Made by a program: the position numbers and the translations under genes
The notes under the pieces: generated by a model
Told to the model about the DNA's origin: nothing
Database searches by the model: none
Seen by the model: only the letters and a program-made list of their open reading frames with translations
Shown: positions 1-14,908 of the stretch, one piece after another
Layout: every line of letters starts with the position of its first letter
How positions within the stretch are numbered: position 1 is the first letter of the stretch
Source: the human T2T-CHM13v2.0 reference genome, Homo sapiens
Reading direction: 5' to 3' (one strand)
Length of the DNA: 64,000 bases
Assembly: GCF_009914755.1 (NCBI RefSeq)
Contig: NC_060935.1

Positions 1-231
1 CATTATTAACACCTTGTGTTAGTGTGGTGCACTTATTATAATTAATGAACCAATATTGATCCATCATTATTAACTAAAGTCCATGCTTTACACAGAGCGC
101 CTCAGTTTTTCCTTAATGTCCTCTTTCTATTCCAGGATCCAGCCAGGACACCAATCGCGTGTAGCTCTCTCATCTTCATGGGCTCTTCTTGGCTGTGACA
201 GTTTATCGGACTTGCCTGGCTTGGATGACAG
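1..231 (-). mobile_element. Old L1 (L1MC-like) 3' fragment
   Basis: ttccaggatccagccaggacacc... resembles the L1MC4-type 3' end and the similar segment near 63790. Confidence 0.55.
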
Positions 232-234
232 CTG

Positions 235-235
<1 letters not shown>

Positions 236-306
<71 letters not shown>

Positions 307-382
307 TTTCTCTTTCTTTTTTTCCTTCCTTCCTTCCTTTTTTCCTTCCTTCCTTCCTTCTTTCTTTCTTTCTTCTTTCTTT
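236..382. repeat. (TTTC)n/(TTCC)n microsatellite derived from an Alu tail
   Basis: Seen directly; abuts the 3' end of a minus-strand Alu. Confidence 0.95.
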
Positions 383-911
<529 letters not shown>

Positions 912-1760
912 TGGATGGCAGTTTTGAGACAGTACTTGGTTTCCGTTCCTGCGCTGAAGGTAACTGTGGGGCTGAATGCGGCTCCATGAGTTGCTTTGAT
1001 GTTCGGGTTTTCTCCTCCGTGTCCCTTTATCTCCTGGGGGTCTTGGTAGCTTTCCTAGAAATGTGAGCGGCTGTAGAGGTTGTCAACATGAGCCCTTTCC
1101 TGTCCTGAGCAGCTCACACAGTTCATGCCGGTCTGTGGTCCTTTCACTTTGGGCCTGTCACCTGTCACTCCACGGTACTTGCTGATGACCTTTCCAGGAG
1201 ACGGGTGCTGGCGGTCTCGTGGGCCAAGCCCTGGGGATATTTCTATTCCTTGGTTCTGTGGGAGTCAGGGAGGGCCTGAGGGGAGCAGGGAGTGGAGGAA
1301 CCTTGAGGCAGGGAGGTAGTAGCTGCAGGAGCATCTCAGACAAACCCATTGAGAGCAGCGAGGGCCTCTTTTTCAGGGTGGGCCACAAGCAAGATCCCAA
1401 CGAAAAGTAGCGTGGCTTCTGTACCTGCCCATAGAGCCACAGCCCCAGAGTTAGCCCCTGACTACACTCAGAACAAAATGCAGAGTGCCTGGCTCAGCCC
1501 TGCAAAGGCTGCCCTGCCTGCCTCCGTCATCCCAGCCCCTCTGCAGGTCCGAGGCAGCCTCCCTGCTGGCCTGGCTGCCCAGGGCCTGGGCTAGAACTCC
1601 TGCGCCCCAGGGCCTTTGCAAATGACGGACACCCTCCCTGCAGGGAGGCTCCTTCTTGCCACTGGGGTCTTCGCTTGATGTCACCTCTCTAGGCAGGTTT
1701 TCCTGGTCAAATTGCCACCTGTCTCCCCTGCTGTGTCCCTCTTGTCTGCTCAGGTTTTAG

Positions 1761-2117
<357 letters not shown>

Positions 2118-3715
2118 TGGCTCTTTGTTGCTTACATTGTGTGAGTGCCTCACTGGTGTCAGCCGCACAGACCCAAGGGCCGGCCCATCCCACGTCCTCT
2201 CCCTGCAGGGGCCGGTGCCAGGCTGGCACAGAGATGAGGTCAGTGAGCAGAGAAGGACGCTGGGCCGGAAGAGTGGATGGCACCATGCAGGTCTTCCTCA
2301 AGATCAGTGGGATAGCACCATCTGCTGCTGGAGGCAGCCGCGCCGCGTGGCCACTGCCCGGCTCCATCCTCATGGACAGGGGAGCTGCGGATGGGGTGGG
2401 GCATGGAAGGGTGGCCTGGAGCTGGGCCATGTCACTCCCCAAGGACCAGGGGGTCACACTCCCCTTGGACCAGGACTCAAGTCCTAGCTTCATCCCTACT
2501 CAGCAGCCTCTCCTGCAGGACCCAGCTATCAGGGTGGCCGGCTCTCCGAGAGGCCCACCTGGTCGGTCTAGAGTAGACACCAGACCAGGGGTTGCTGCCA
2601 ATGTCCTGCCTGCACAGAGACCCTAAGACCTTCTCACCTGAGTCTCTCACACTGCCAGCTCTGCAATGCTCCGTATGAGGGGTGTGGGGCTGGGAGGGGC
2701 ACCGCCCATTTTATGGGAGGAACGAGGCTCACAAGGGCAAAGCACTGTCCCGCTCATGAAAAGGTAAGAGCCAGGTTGGAAACTGGGTCTGTCTGACTGT
2801 TCGACAGCTGCTTTAACCATGGAGACTAAGTGCTGTGTGACCTGGGGCAGATGGCTTCACCTCTCTGAGCTGTTCCCTCATTGGTAAAATGGGGATGATA
2901 GTGACTGCACACATCTCCTGGGATAATCCTGAGGCCTGAGTGAGAGAGCACACTTCCAGGACCCAGTGAGGCAAGCGTCACATCACACTGTGGCTTTTAG
3001 CTCTGGCCTGCGGGACTAGGACCGTGCTCCTCATCCAGTGCTCTCCCCCCTCTACCCAACCCCTCCTGGGTCATGACAAGGCTGCCCCTGGGGGAACTGC
3101 ATCCCTAAGATCATGGAGGGAAGCTGATTTCTGAAAGGCTGATCCCTGTCTTTGTTCAGGCATAGGAATCCAGGGCCTCAGCTCTGGGCCCCAAAACCCG
3201 ATCACCATCCCTGTGGGGTCTCCAGGTGGGTGGAGCATAGCTGGCACCTGGCCAGCAGGGTTTAGAGTCTCACACCTGTGCCGGGCTGGGTTTGAAGTCA
3301 TGCTCTGGGGAAGGAGAACTGCCCGGTCCCCTCTGCCAGGGAGAAGCTGCATGGCTGGAGCCGAAGTCTACACAGGGCCTGGCTCAGATGAAAGTCCTGC
3401 CATGTGCCCGGTGAGGGCCCCTGGATGAGCCTCCTTAACCGAGTGCCCCAGGAAAGGCTACTAGAGATCAGACCTCCAGGAAGGCGGCAGATCAGCAACA
3501 CATTGCACCCACTGTGCCTGCCAACACTATGGGAGGAGCTGAGGGCCCAGGCAGGGGGACTGAGCACTAGCATTCGGGTGTCGACCACCACTTCCAGTAT
3601 CCAGGGCTGGGTTAGCTTGGCCAAGCATGTGTGGCCCGAGCACAGAGCCTGGTGCACAGCTACTCTCAGAGACTGCTAGCCCTACAGGCTTCCCTCACCC
3701 TCAGGACTGTGGTTC

Positions 3716-4031
<316 letters not shown>

Positions 4032-4479
4032 TGAGGGAGATGCTGGCCTGGCCAATGCCCCTTACATGGCCCCACCCTGGGGGGAGGTTGGGAGTGACAG
4101 GTGAGGGCACCAGCCCAAAAAACCTGCCGCCACCCAGGGAGGAGCCTCTGATGACAGCCACTCAGTGTCATGCTGGAAAAGCCTCTGGCGGAGGCCAAAA
4201 GGCTTGGGCTGGGGAAGCTCTCATGGCTGGGCCTGGAGTGGGACCAGCAGCAGTCTGACCTCCAGCAGGTGGTCTCTGGCTGAACTGGCAGTAAATAACA
4301 TCACTCCCACAGTGGGGTCGGAGGACATCCAATTCACCAAGCATTCTCCTGTATTCTTGATATTTGAAGAAGCTGCCAGCAAAAAAACAAACAAAAATGA
4401 AACAAACAAAAAAACCACTTGACAGCCCCGGGAGGCACACAGGTGGGTGGATGAGGAATTGTGATGCCCCCTCTAAGGA

Positions 4480-4950
4480 GAGCTGTGGCACTGACAGTAT
4501 CCCTTTTCTCTTTTCTCCTCAGGAATAGAAGCCCTGCGTTTTGTCTGGCACTGGCTGTCTGGAGTAAAAACTACATTTCCCAGCCTTCCCTGCAGCTTGG
4601 AGTGGCCATGTGACTGAAGGCTGGCCAATGGAAGGTATGCAACAGTAGTGGGTGTGGCTTCTAGGAGATGACCTTGGAGGAAGGAAACCAACCCATCGTT
4701 TTTGCTACTGCTGAGTGGAATGTGGGTGGGATAGCTGGAGCCTAAGCAGCCATTTTGTACCATGAAGTCAAAGCTACATGACACATATGAAGGAAAAAGA
4801 TGGAGGGACCTGGGTCCTTGATGAATCTGAGCAACCTCATCACCCTGGACTTCCTTTACATGAGAAACACCAGTTTTTATCTTGTTCAGGGTGCATGTAT
4901 CTTAAGTTTGCTGGCCTGCATAGCTAGGCTGAATTCCACTATAACTCATA
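4480..4950 (+). mobile_element. Old MaLR LTR (MLT1-type) fragment
   Basis: actacatttcccagccttccctgcagcttggagtggccatgtgact... and gcagccattttg motifs typical of old MLT1. Confidence 0.5.
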
Positions 4951-5542
4951 GAGGGAAAACAGATACTCTGGGAGGTTCAACTGGGACCAAGACAAACCGT
5001 GGACTCAAACCCACTGGGTTCTGAAAGCAAGCCTTTCCTGTGCACCTTGAGGTGGGCTGCAGGTCGGGTGAGCATTGAGAGGACCCACCCTGCTGCTGTG
5101 GGGTCCGGGATGCCCCAGATGAGGCCTTGGCGAGCCTCAAGCGGACCGTGACCCTCCACTCCCACTCTGGCCTGTCTTTCTCATACACAAGGCCTGAGGT
5201 GTCCCCAGACAGTGATGCCCATATTTCAGTGGCAATGCCTTCCCCGGAACCCCCACTCTGTAGAGAATGTGTGTATGTTGGGGGTGACAGTCACTATGCC
5301 TGGTGCACAGTGGCCTCTCAGACCCAGCCTCCTGTCTAAGCTCATCTCTCCCAGCTAGGGACTTCAGGCTTTACCCCTGGGCCTCAGTCTCCCGACCTGT
5401 AAAATGGGAATCATAATGGCCATCCTTGCAGGGTCACTGGGTGAATTCAGTGGATGATGGGTGAAAAGCACCCAGCCATTGCAGAGCACTTTGTACGCTA
5501 ACTCAGTCGGCATTAGCAACCCATGGGGATGCCCCTTTAAAT

Positions 5543-5678
5543 CGGGGGTTCCTAAATTCTAGGGCATCCAAACTACCTGGAGGGCTTGAAACACACTGAT
5601 TACTGGGCATCATCATCAGGGTTCTGGTTCAGCAGATCTGGGGTGGGGCCTGAAATGCAAATTTCAAGAACCACTGGT
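5543..5678. mobile_element. MER5A-like hAT MITE fragment
   Basis: acctggagggcttg...gattactgggc...ctggggtggggcctga...aagaaccactg. Confidence 0.6.
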
Positions 5679-5681
5679 TTA

Positions 5682-6008
<327 letters not shown>

Positions 6009-6812
6009 AAGACGAAAAACATGGAATCAAGGAATCAAGATCCCGTTAAGACCACCTGGGCCCAAGACCAGCCGGGCAGCTGGGTTTGAATTTGGCTCCA
6101 GTTCTTGGAAGCTGTGTGGCCTCGGGAAAGCCTTTCTTCTCTGACTCACCTATCATATGGGGAGAATTAGAACTCAACTCAGAGAGCTGAGGTGGAGTCA
6201 AAGCAACATGGCGCCAGGTGGGAAAGGCACCCACTAAATGCTCCCCTTCTCCCTCTCCCCCCAACATTGTCATCATCATCATCATCATCATTTTGTATAG
6301 CTCTGCTGTCCATCCTTCCTCCAGTGGCAAGGATGAGCGCCTGCTGCATACCCTACCCAGGCCCCAGGCCCACTGCCTCCTCTTCCGTGCCAAGCCTGGC
6401 CCTTGTGCCTGGGGAGGGGGCCCTCTGCCTTCCGTGTGCCATTGGGGCATGCCGGGATGCCCAGGCACGGTCTGTCCTGACTCCTCCCTGACCGCCTGAC
6501 CAGGGTGAATCAGCAGTCGCCACAAGCATGTCACCGGCAGAGAGGCGCCATTGCCCACCAGGTGGAAAGATGGATGAATGGAAAGACCCGGCGAGGTGTC
6601 CTCAGCCAACTCTGCTACACCTGAAGCTTGTCCCTGAGGTCGCTGCCATCTGCTGGTAGGCCTCAGTACTGCATGCAGGGGTGCCCTCCCAGACCACCTG
6701 GGACCACCCAGCCCCCACCTCCTATACCCCAAATTGTCCCCAAGGGTGGGGAGGGCCTGCCCAACCCCATTCTCCTAGAAAGACCTGCAGACCACGTGGC
6801 TGTGCCAGCAGA

Positions 6813-7460
6813 TTCATTGAGGTATCATTCATATGTGATATCATTCACATACCATACAATCCACCTGTTTAAGGAGTACAATTCATTATTTGCATTCACA
6901 GTGTGATGGTGACCATCACCACCATCTATTCCAGAACATTTTCATCATCCCAAAAGAAACCCCATACCAATGAGCAGTCTCTCCACTTTCCCCATCAGCC
7001 CCTGGAAGCCACTAATCTACTTCCCATCTCTATGGGTTTGCCTATTCTGGACATTTCATAGGAATGGAATCGTAAGTGTGTCCCTTTGGTCTGGCTTCCT
7101 TCACTTAGCACCTGGCCCTCCAAGTTCATGCCTTGAGGGGGTGTAAGACGTTTCAGCACTTCATTCCTTTTGTCTGTGAACACCGTTTCATCCTAGGCCA
7201 TAGCACTGTATACATATAGCATTGTATATGCTATCTACAGTAGACAGTGGATACGTTGTATTTATCCATTAATCACTTGGTGGGCATTTGGGTTGTTGCC
7301 ACGCATTGGCTATGATGAATAATGCTGCTAGAAACATTAGTATACGGGTTTTTGTGTGGACGTGAGTTTGCACTTCTCTGGGGCATATACCTAGGAGTGG
7401 AATTGCTGGGTCATGTGTAACTCTCTGTTCTGCAGTTTCAGAACTGCCACACTATTTTCC
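6813..7460 (-). mobile_element. L1 (L1MB-like) 3' end fragment
   Basis: cagaacattttcatcatcccaaaagaaacccc..., gcatatacctaggagtggaattgctgggtcat. Confidence 0.8.
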
Positions 7461-8469
7461 CACTTCTCACTTCTTGGCGACTTCCTGTTCTTGCTCCCCT
7501 CCTTGGGCTCCATGTAATATAAACTTTGGAGCCTGAGAGATCTTGGAATCAGCCCTGACATGTCCTTCACTGGCTGTGTGACCTTGAGACAATTGCTTCA
7601 TATCTCTAAGCCTCAGTTTTCTCATCTGCAAAAGGTGAATCATGACAGAATGTAGCAGACACTGGCGTTGTTCCACCCATAACCCTTCAGGCCTCACCCT
7701 TCTGCACAAAGAGGCCCCAGGGCTTCCCATCACAAGCCCTTGGATTTCTTGTCTGAGGGGAGCAGGCCAGAAGTTCAGGGAGTGTCTGTCCCTGGGAGTA
7801 GTCCTCAACCAAAGGCAGACTTGAGTTGGTGGAAATAAATAGCCCAGGTGCCTCACCTGCATGTGGGAGACTGATGGGGACAGCAGTGAGTGGACAATTA
7901 ACTAGATAATTACAGATTATGTTGGGTTCTTTGAAGGAAAATAACAAGGCACTGTAAGAACAAAATGAGAAGGGGCCCCAGTTGGAGTAGGGTGGTCGTG
8001 GTAGGTCTCTCTGAAGAGGTGACACCTTTAGAAGTAAAGATTATGAAGGGACTCAACTAGTGAAGAGTGGAGGGAAGATTAGTCTCAACAGACAGCATGT
8101 GCAAAGGTCCTGGGGCAGGGGAGAGTTTGGGATTGACAGAGATATCAGAGCGCTTTATCTGGCCTCACAGCCTGTGAAGGGAGCTTTTAGCCTGGGGCCC
8201 AGGTTGACCTGACTCCAGGGCCTGAGATCCTAAACACTCCTCATGAGGCAGCCAGTTATTTCTCTGTCCTGTCTTCTCTGCCCTTCCTTCAGCCCTGCAA
8301 TCTGAGCCTTTCCATATCCCAGGGCCAGCCTGTCCCCTGTGAAACTGAAAGATTCTGATGCACAAGGAGAGGTAGCTCCACCTCTGTCCATCCTGCCCAG
8401 CAGAGTATCTGGCATTTAGCTAGCTGTATGGGTGCCTGCTGCATTCTCTACCCAGGCTCCAGACCCACT

Positions 8470-9195
8470 GATGGATGCCCATATGCTTGCTGGATGGATG
8501 GTAGATGAGTGGATGGATGGGGGGATGAATGGATGGAAAGATGCATAGATGGATGGAAGGATGGGAGAATGGATGGATGGAAGGATGGGAGAATGGATGG
8601 ATGGGTGGATGGATGGATGGATGTGGATGGATGGATGGATGGATGTGGATGGATGGATGGATGGACAGTAGATGAGAGGATGAATGGGTGAACAGATGGA
8701 TGGATGGATGGATGGATGGATGATGGATGGAAGGACAGAAGGATGGATGGATGAAAAGATGGAAGATGGATTGATAGATGAATGGATAGTAGATGAGTAG
8801 GTGAATGGGTGGACAGATGGATGGATGGATGGATGATGGATGGATGGATGAATGAAGGATGGATGGAAAGATAGAAGGATGGATGGATGGATGGACAGTA
8901 GGTGAGTAGATGAATGGGTGGACAGATGGATGGATGAATGAAGGATGGATGGAAGGATAAAAGGATGGATGGATGGATGGAATGGATGAAAAGATGGAAG
9001 ATGGATGGATGGATGAAGGCATAGTAGATGAGTAGATAAATGGTGGACAGATGGATGGATGGATGAATGAATGATGGATGGAAGGAAGGATAGAAGGATG
9101 GATCGAAGATGGATGGTTGAAAAGATGGAAGATGGATGGATGGATGGATAGATGGATGATGGATGGATAAAAGATAAGTGGATGGAGGGATGATG
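8470..9195. repeat. (GGAT)n-based compound tetranucleotide array
   Basis: About 720 bp of TGGA/GGAT with recurrent variant blocks. Confidence 0.95.
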
Positions 9196-10651
9196 AATTA
9201 CAGTGCCTTTCTCTTGAACTGTACAAAACACAGATAAATGTATTTGTTTATCAGTGATAATAAATGAATTTTTAAAATTTCTGTCTTCAAACCAGCCTGC
9301 TCAAGGCATGAGAGCTCCCAGGATCTCCCAGCCCACCACCAACACTCCCTGTGTCCTCTAAACTTTTCCAATCATTCCCCACCTTCTGGGCCCAGGTCAG
9401 CAGCCCCTCCAGCAAGAGTGCTGCAGAAAGGGCACCTAGTGGAAGTGTGTTCTGTTTCTCTGCATTGTGCCTCCCCTGCTGCTGGCTAGAGAGCAGGGCC
9501 AGGCTTTCTCTTGCATCCTCTCATGGCTGTGTATGCAGCTATTATTTACAGACCTTTTACCATCTGTGTGGCCTCAGCAGCTCTCAATGACCACTGTGGG
9601 AGCCCCACTTGACAGATGGGGACACTGAGGCTGGGGAGGGGCAGCGGCCAGTTCTGGGCCACGTGGCTGAAAATGCTGTCATGATCAAATAACAGAAGTG
9701 ACTAAGGCCACATCTGAATCAGCAGGTCTGAAAACAGCACATGTGCTGGCTTTTTACCCACCCAGAAGCCTCTTCTCCCATGGTCCCCTTCCTTGTGTGG
9801 ACACACAGCCGGCCAGGCACTCAGGCACAAGTGTAGGCTGCCCCTGGTATTCCAGCCGTTGCAGCCAAGTGGGGACAGAGGTCAGCTCCAGGGGCTATAT
9901 CTGTCACAGCCCTGGAATGCTGAGGCACGGTGGCCCTCCGATGGGTGGGCGCTAATTATAGGCCTGCTGGTTCACCTTTCTGAGTCCTTCCACCCCTGGG
10001 AGGCAGGAGGCCTCTGAACCCACCGAGGAGTTCAAAGACCCGCTCCGAGCAGCTGAAGCTCGGGCACCCACAGCCGTCCTACCCTCCCCATTGAAGTACT
10101 GACTCCATCCGACGCAGAGAAGGTCAAGCGGGCTCCAGGGCTGGGATGCAGGGGGCCGGGTAGCGTGGGTCCTTAGTCTCTTGGCTTCACCCAGGCAAGG
10201 CTGTCTTCCCCTGTGGGGCAAGCGGGGAGTGGACCAGACCCCGGTCAAGCGCTCCCTCTGCCCATGTCCACCCTGGAGAGCACTGTGCAGGCCGACTGGG
10301 CAGGCAGGGGACCTACTGGCCACTCCAAGAGGACCTTTTCTTCCTTTTTTTCCTTCATCCAGCAATGGTGATTGGATGCTGCCAGTGCTCTCAACGAGCA
10401 CTTTCCATGGGGAGGGCACGAAGATGAAGGACAGAACCACTGCAGTCAAGGTGCTGCAAGAGTGTCACCATTTTAAGTGTGCAATTGAGTGCGTTGAGGA
10501 CTTCCACAACCTGTAACCATCACCATTATCTACTTTCAGTACCTTTCCATCTTCCCAAACTGAGACTGTCTCACCATCAAACACTAACTCCCCATTCCCC
10601 TCCCCCAGCTCCCAGCACCCACCATTCTACTTTGAGTCTCTCTGGATTTGA

Positions 10652-11576
<925 letters not shown>

Positions 11577-11664
11577 ATGTCTGTCCTTTTTAAGGCTGAA
11601 TGGCATTCCATTGCATCGATGGAGCACATTCTATACATCCATCCCTCTGCTGATGGATTCTTGG

Positions 11665-12203
11665 TGTGATGGTTAATACTGTCAACTTGATTGGGTTGAA
11701 GGATACAAAGTATTGATCCTGGGTTTGTCTGTGAGGGTGTTGCCAAAAGAGATTAACATTTGAGTCAGTGGGCTGGGGAAGGCAGATCCACCCTTAATCT
11801 AGTGGGCACAACCTAACCAGTTGCCAGTGAATACAAAGCAGGCAGAAGAACGTGAAATGGCGAGATTGGCCTAGCCTCCCAGCCTACATCTTTCTCCCAT
11901 GTTGGATGCTTCCTGCCATCAAACATCTGACTCCAAGATCTTCAGTTTTGGGACTCAGACTGGCTCTCCTTTCTCCTCAAGCTTGCAGACGGCCTACTGT
12001 GGGACCTTGTGATTGTGTAAGTTAGTACTTAATCAACTCCCCTTTATATATATATACATATATATATACACACACACATATTTTTTATATATATATAGGA
12101 GATATATATATAATATATATGATATATATATATATATAAAATAGGATATATATATATATATCTCCTATTAGTTCTATCCCTCTAGAGAGCCCTGACTAAT
12201 ACA
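11665..12203 (+). mobile_element. MLT2A-type (ERVL) solo LTR with internal (TA)n
   Basis: Begins TGTGATGGTTAATACTG, ends CCCTGACTAATACA; perfect 5-bp TSD CTTGG at 11660-11664 and 12204-12208. Confidence 0.88.
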
Positions 12204-12919
12204 CTTGGCTTGTTTCCACCCCCAGGCAACTGCGAATGGTGCTGTTATGTACATGAGTGTGCACACATCTATCCATGATCCTGCTTTCATTTCTTTGGGG
12301 ATATGCCCGGAAATGGAATTGCTGGATCACATGGTAGCTCTCTGTTTAGTGCTTTGAGGAGCCACCGTACCATTTTTCATGGACTGCATAATTTTTCCAT
12401 TCCTACTCCTGACAGGTTCTGGACCCAAAATCCCAGAGACTCAATAGGCAAAGACCTGCCCCACCTGCTCAGCCTCTTTCTCTCCCTTCCGATTCCCTCT
12501 GGGTGACGCAAATGCAAGTAGGGAGGCCACTGTCCCTGGAGCCCCTGGGGCGGCCTTTCCTGACTCAGAGGGCATCTTCCCACAGAGCCACAGGTGTGCG
12601 GTCTCCAGGCACTGCCCGCCCTGAGCACACGCGGAGCAGGTGAACCATCTAACAGTGATGGGTGCTGGGTCCCAGGACCCTCTCACCCCCATACCCTTTT
12701 CTTTTTCAGGAGAATTCTACCTGCCCCCAGCCCCTCCTGTGTGTAAGGAAGCAGGAGTTCCCACCGTGGCACCGGAAGCAGCGGGCACCCTCTGACCCCT
12801 CCCAGGGAGCCCACGCTCTCAGCCTGGGGCCCGCCTTCTCTCCCCTTCCCCTCATCCAGCAGAAGCGGGGTCGCTCTCCTTTTGGAGGCCAGCAGGCCCC
12901 TTGCCCTCTGTGCCTGATG

Positions 12920-13372
12920 CTCAAGCTGTGGTAACACAGCCCCACACAGGGTAGGTGGCTCAAACAGACATTTATCATCTGCAGGACTCTGGGCTGGATG
13001 TCCAAGACTGGGGTGTCGGCAGAGTTGGCTCCTTCTCAGGGCTATAGGGCAGAGTCTGTTCCTTTCTTGTCCTTTAGCTGCTGGTGTTTGCTGGCAAACT
13101 TTGGCACTCCTTGGCTTGTAGCAGCATCACCCTTGTCCCCACCTTTACGCTCTCATGGCGTCCTCCTGTGTGCACGGCTGTGCCCATGTGTCTCTTAAGG
13201 AGGATCCTGGTCACAATGGATTCAGGGGTCATTCTACTCCTATGTTACCTCATCTTCACCAGTTGCATCTGTAATGACCCTATTCCAAATAAGGTCACAT
13301 GCTGAGTTACTAGGGGTTAGGACTTCAACAGATGAACTCTGGGGAGGAGACATAATTCAGCCCATGACCCCC
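12920..13372 (-). mobile_element. MaLR LTR (MLT1-type)
   Basis: atctgtaatgaccctattccaaataaggtcacatgctgag...ggttaggacttcaaca...acataattcagcccatgac. Confidence 0.75.
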
Positions 13373-13878
13373 CAAACACACACACAAAATGAAGTCCCTT
13401 GGACTCTGGTGTGGGGAAGAAGGTGACCATGGCACAGCCATCAGCTGCGAAAAATCCACATTCTCTTGTCAAAGCTGTTTTACATGTTAAACAAGAGCCC
13501 CCAGTGTCTCCTACGCCTTCATCAGGGACCATCTGTTGATCCTGCAGCACTGAGTACTGCTGCTTCCCCTGTGTTGACACAGCCCCGGGCAAGTTCCCCT
13601 TGCCAGGACTCAGGGTCATCATCTGCAAGGAGGGAGTGATGGCAGCCCCTGCCCCATCTCACTCTAGAGAAACAACAAAACCCACAGCAGAGCTCAGCTG
13701 CGTGCTGCTCCTGTTGACTGCCAGGAATGTTCGCAGCTGCAGGGGAGTCATTCCGGGAAGTCTGACATGCGCTGGGGGCTGAAGGAGGCACCGAGATTTT
13801 CACTTGTGTTGCACACGTGCCAGGGAGGAGCCCAGCCTCCCTGTGGGTTTGGCGAGTCTGCACTAACCAATCAGGTGG

Positions 13879-14043
13879 CTCTGAGTCTGGGCTCTCTGAG
13901 TCTGGGCTCTGTGACCACAAGCTCTCTGGCCCTGGACACTCTGACCCTGGGCTCTCTGAGTCTCAGCTCTCTGACTCTGGCCTCTCTGACCCTAAGTTCT
14001 CTGACCCTGGGCTCTCTGAATCTGGGCTCTCTGACCCCTGGGA
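13879..14043. repeat. 15-bp minisatellite, 11 units, consensus CTCTGA(G/C)(T/C)CTGGGCT
   Basis: Units in 15-bp register starting at 13879, 13894, 13909 ... 14029. Confidence 0.92.
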
Positions 14044-14437
14044 GGGCATGGGAACAGAGAGCGATGGTCCTCACAGTCCCAGGCTCAGGAGAGCCTCCTC
14101 ACCTGGACCCTGCCCATCCTGCCAAGTGCCAGGAGAGGTTAGTACACTGCCCATGCTGGCTCTCACCTGGGCCGGCCCAGGTGATTCCACCCATGCCATT
14201 GTTGGGGAACAGGTGTGAGGAGGCACCTAGTCCAAGGCAGGGCCCGGCCACTGAGTAATTGCTTCTCTGAGCCTCACCTTCTTAGGTAAAGACAGGGTGC
14301 ACGGGCCCCAAGAGCAGGTTGTAAGGATAAAGGAAGTTTCTGTGCTGCCTGACCTGACACAGTTGCTCTAAAGGGTCCCTGGAGAAGCACACAGCTTCCA
14401 GAGGGAGAGGCTTTTTAGAGTTTTCAAAGAAAGTAAC

Positions 14438-14453
14438 CTCTCTCTCTCTCTCT

Positions 14454-14499
<46 letters not shown>

Positions 14500-14670
14500 A
14501 CACACATCACACATTCAGACACACCCAGAAACACACACACACATACATGTCCTCACACAGGTACCACTAACACAAGATCACACATACCCACATGCACACT
14601 CACGCTTTCAGAAATACACGATCCTTCTCTCCACGCACACACACACGATGCACACACATGCACAAACATG
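14438..14670. repeat. (CT)n(CA)n microsatellite followed by a degenerate CA-rich tract
   Basis: (CT) 14438-14454 then (CA) 14455-14493; downstream of the FGF3 poly(A) site. Confidence 0.93.
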
Positions 14671-14902
14671 CCTTTGCTTGTTTCCAACCATCCAAAAAAA
14701 CGTAACTTTCTAAAACCAGGGAACTGAAATGCACCTTTAGCCCGATTTCTGGGAATGCCGTCTTCCTCTTAAAGCAGCAGCTGACGCAGGCTGATGCCAG
14801 CGCGGATTCTGCTGTGCTGGAAGCAAGCACGTTCCAGTAAAGGCGGCAAGCGCTCCTCAGCCTGCATCACGGTCTACCAAACGACAGAGTAGAATAAAAT
14901 AC

Positions 14903-14908
14903 TTTAAT
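14903..14908 (-). terminator. Probable FGF3 polyadenylation signal (ATTAAA)
   Basis: About 320 nt after the stop codon; followed on the minus strand by U/GU-rich gtattttattctactctgtcgtttgg. Confidence 0.75.
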
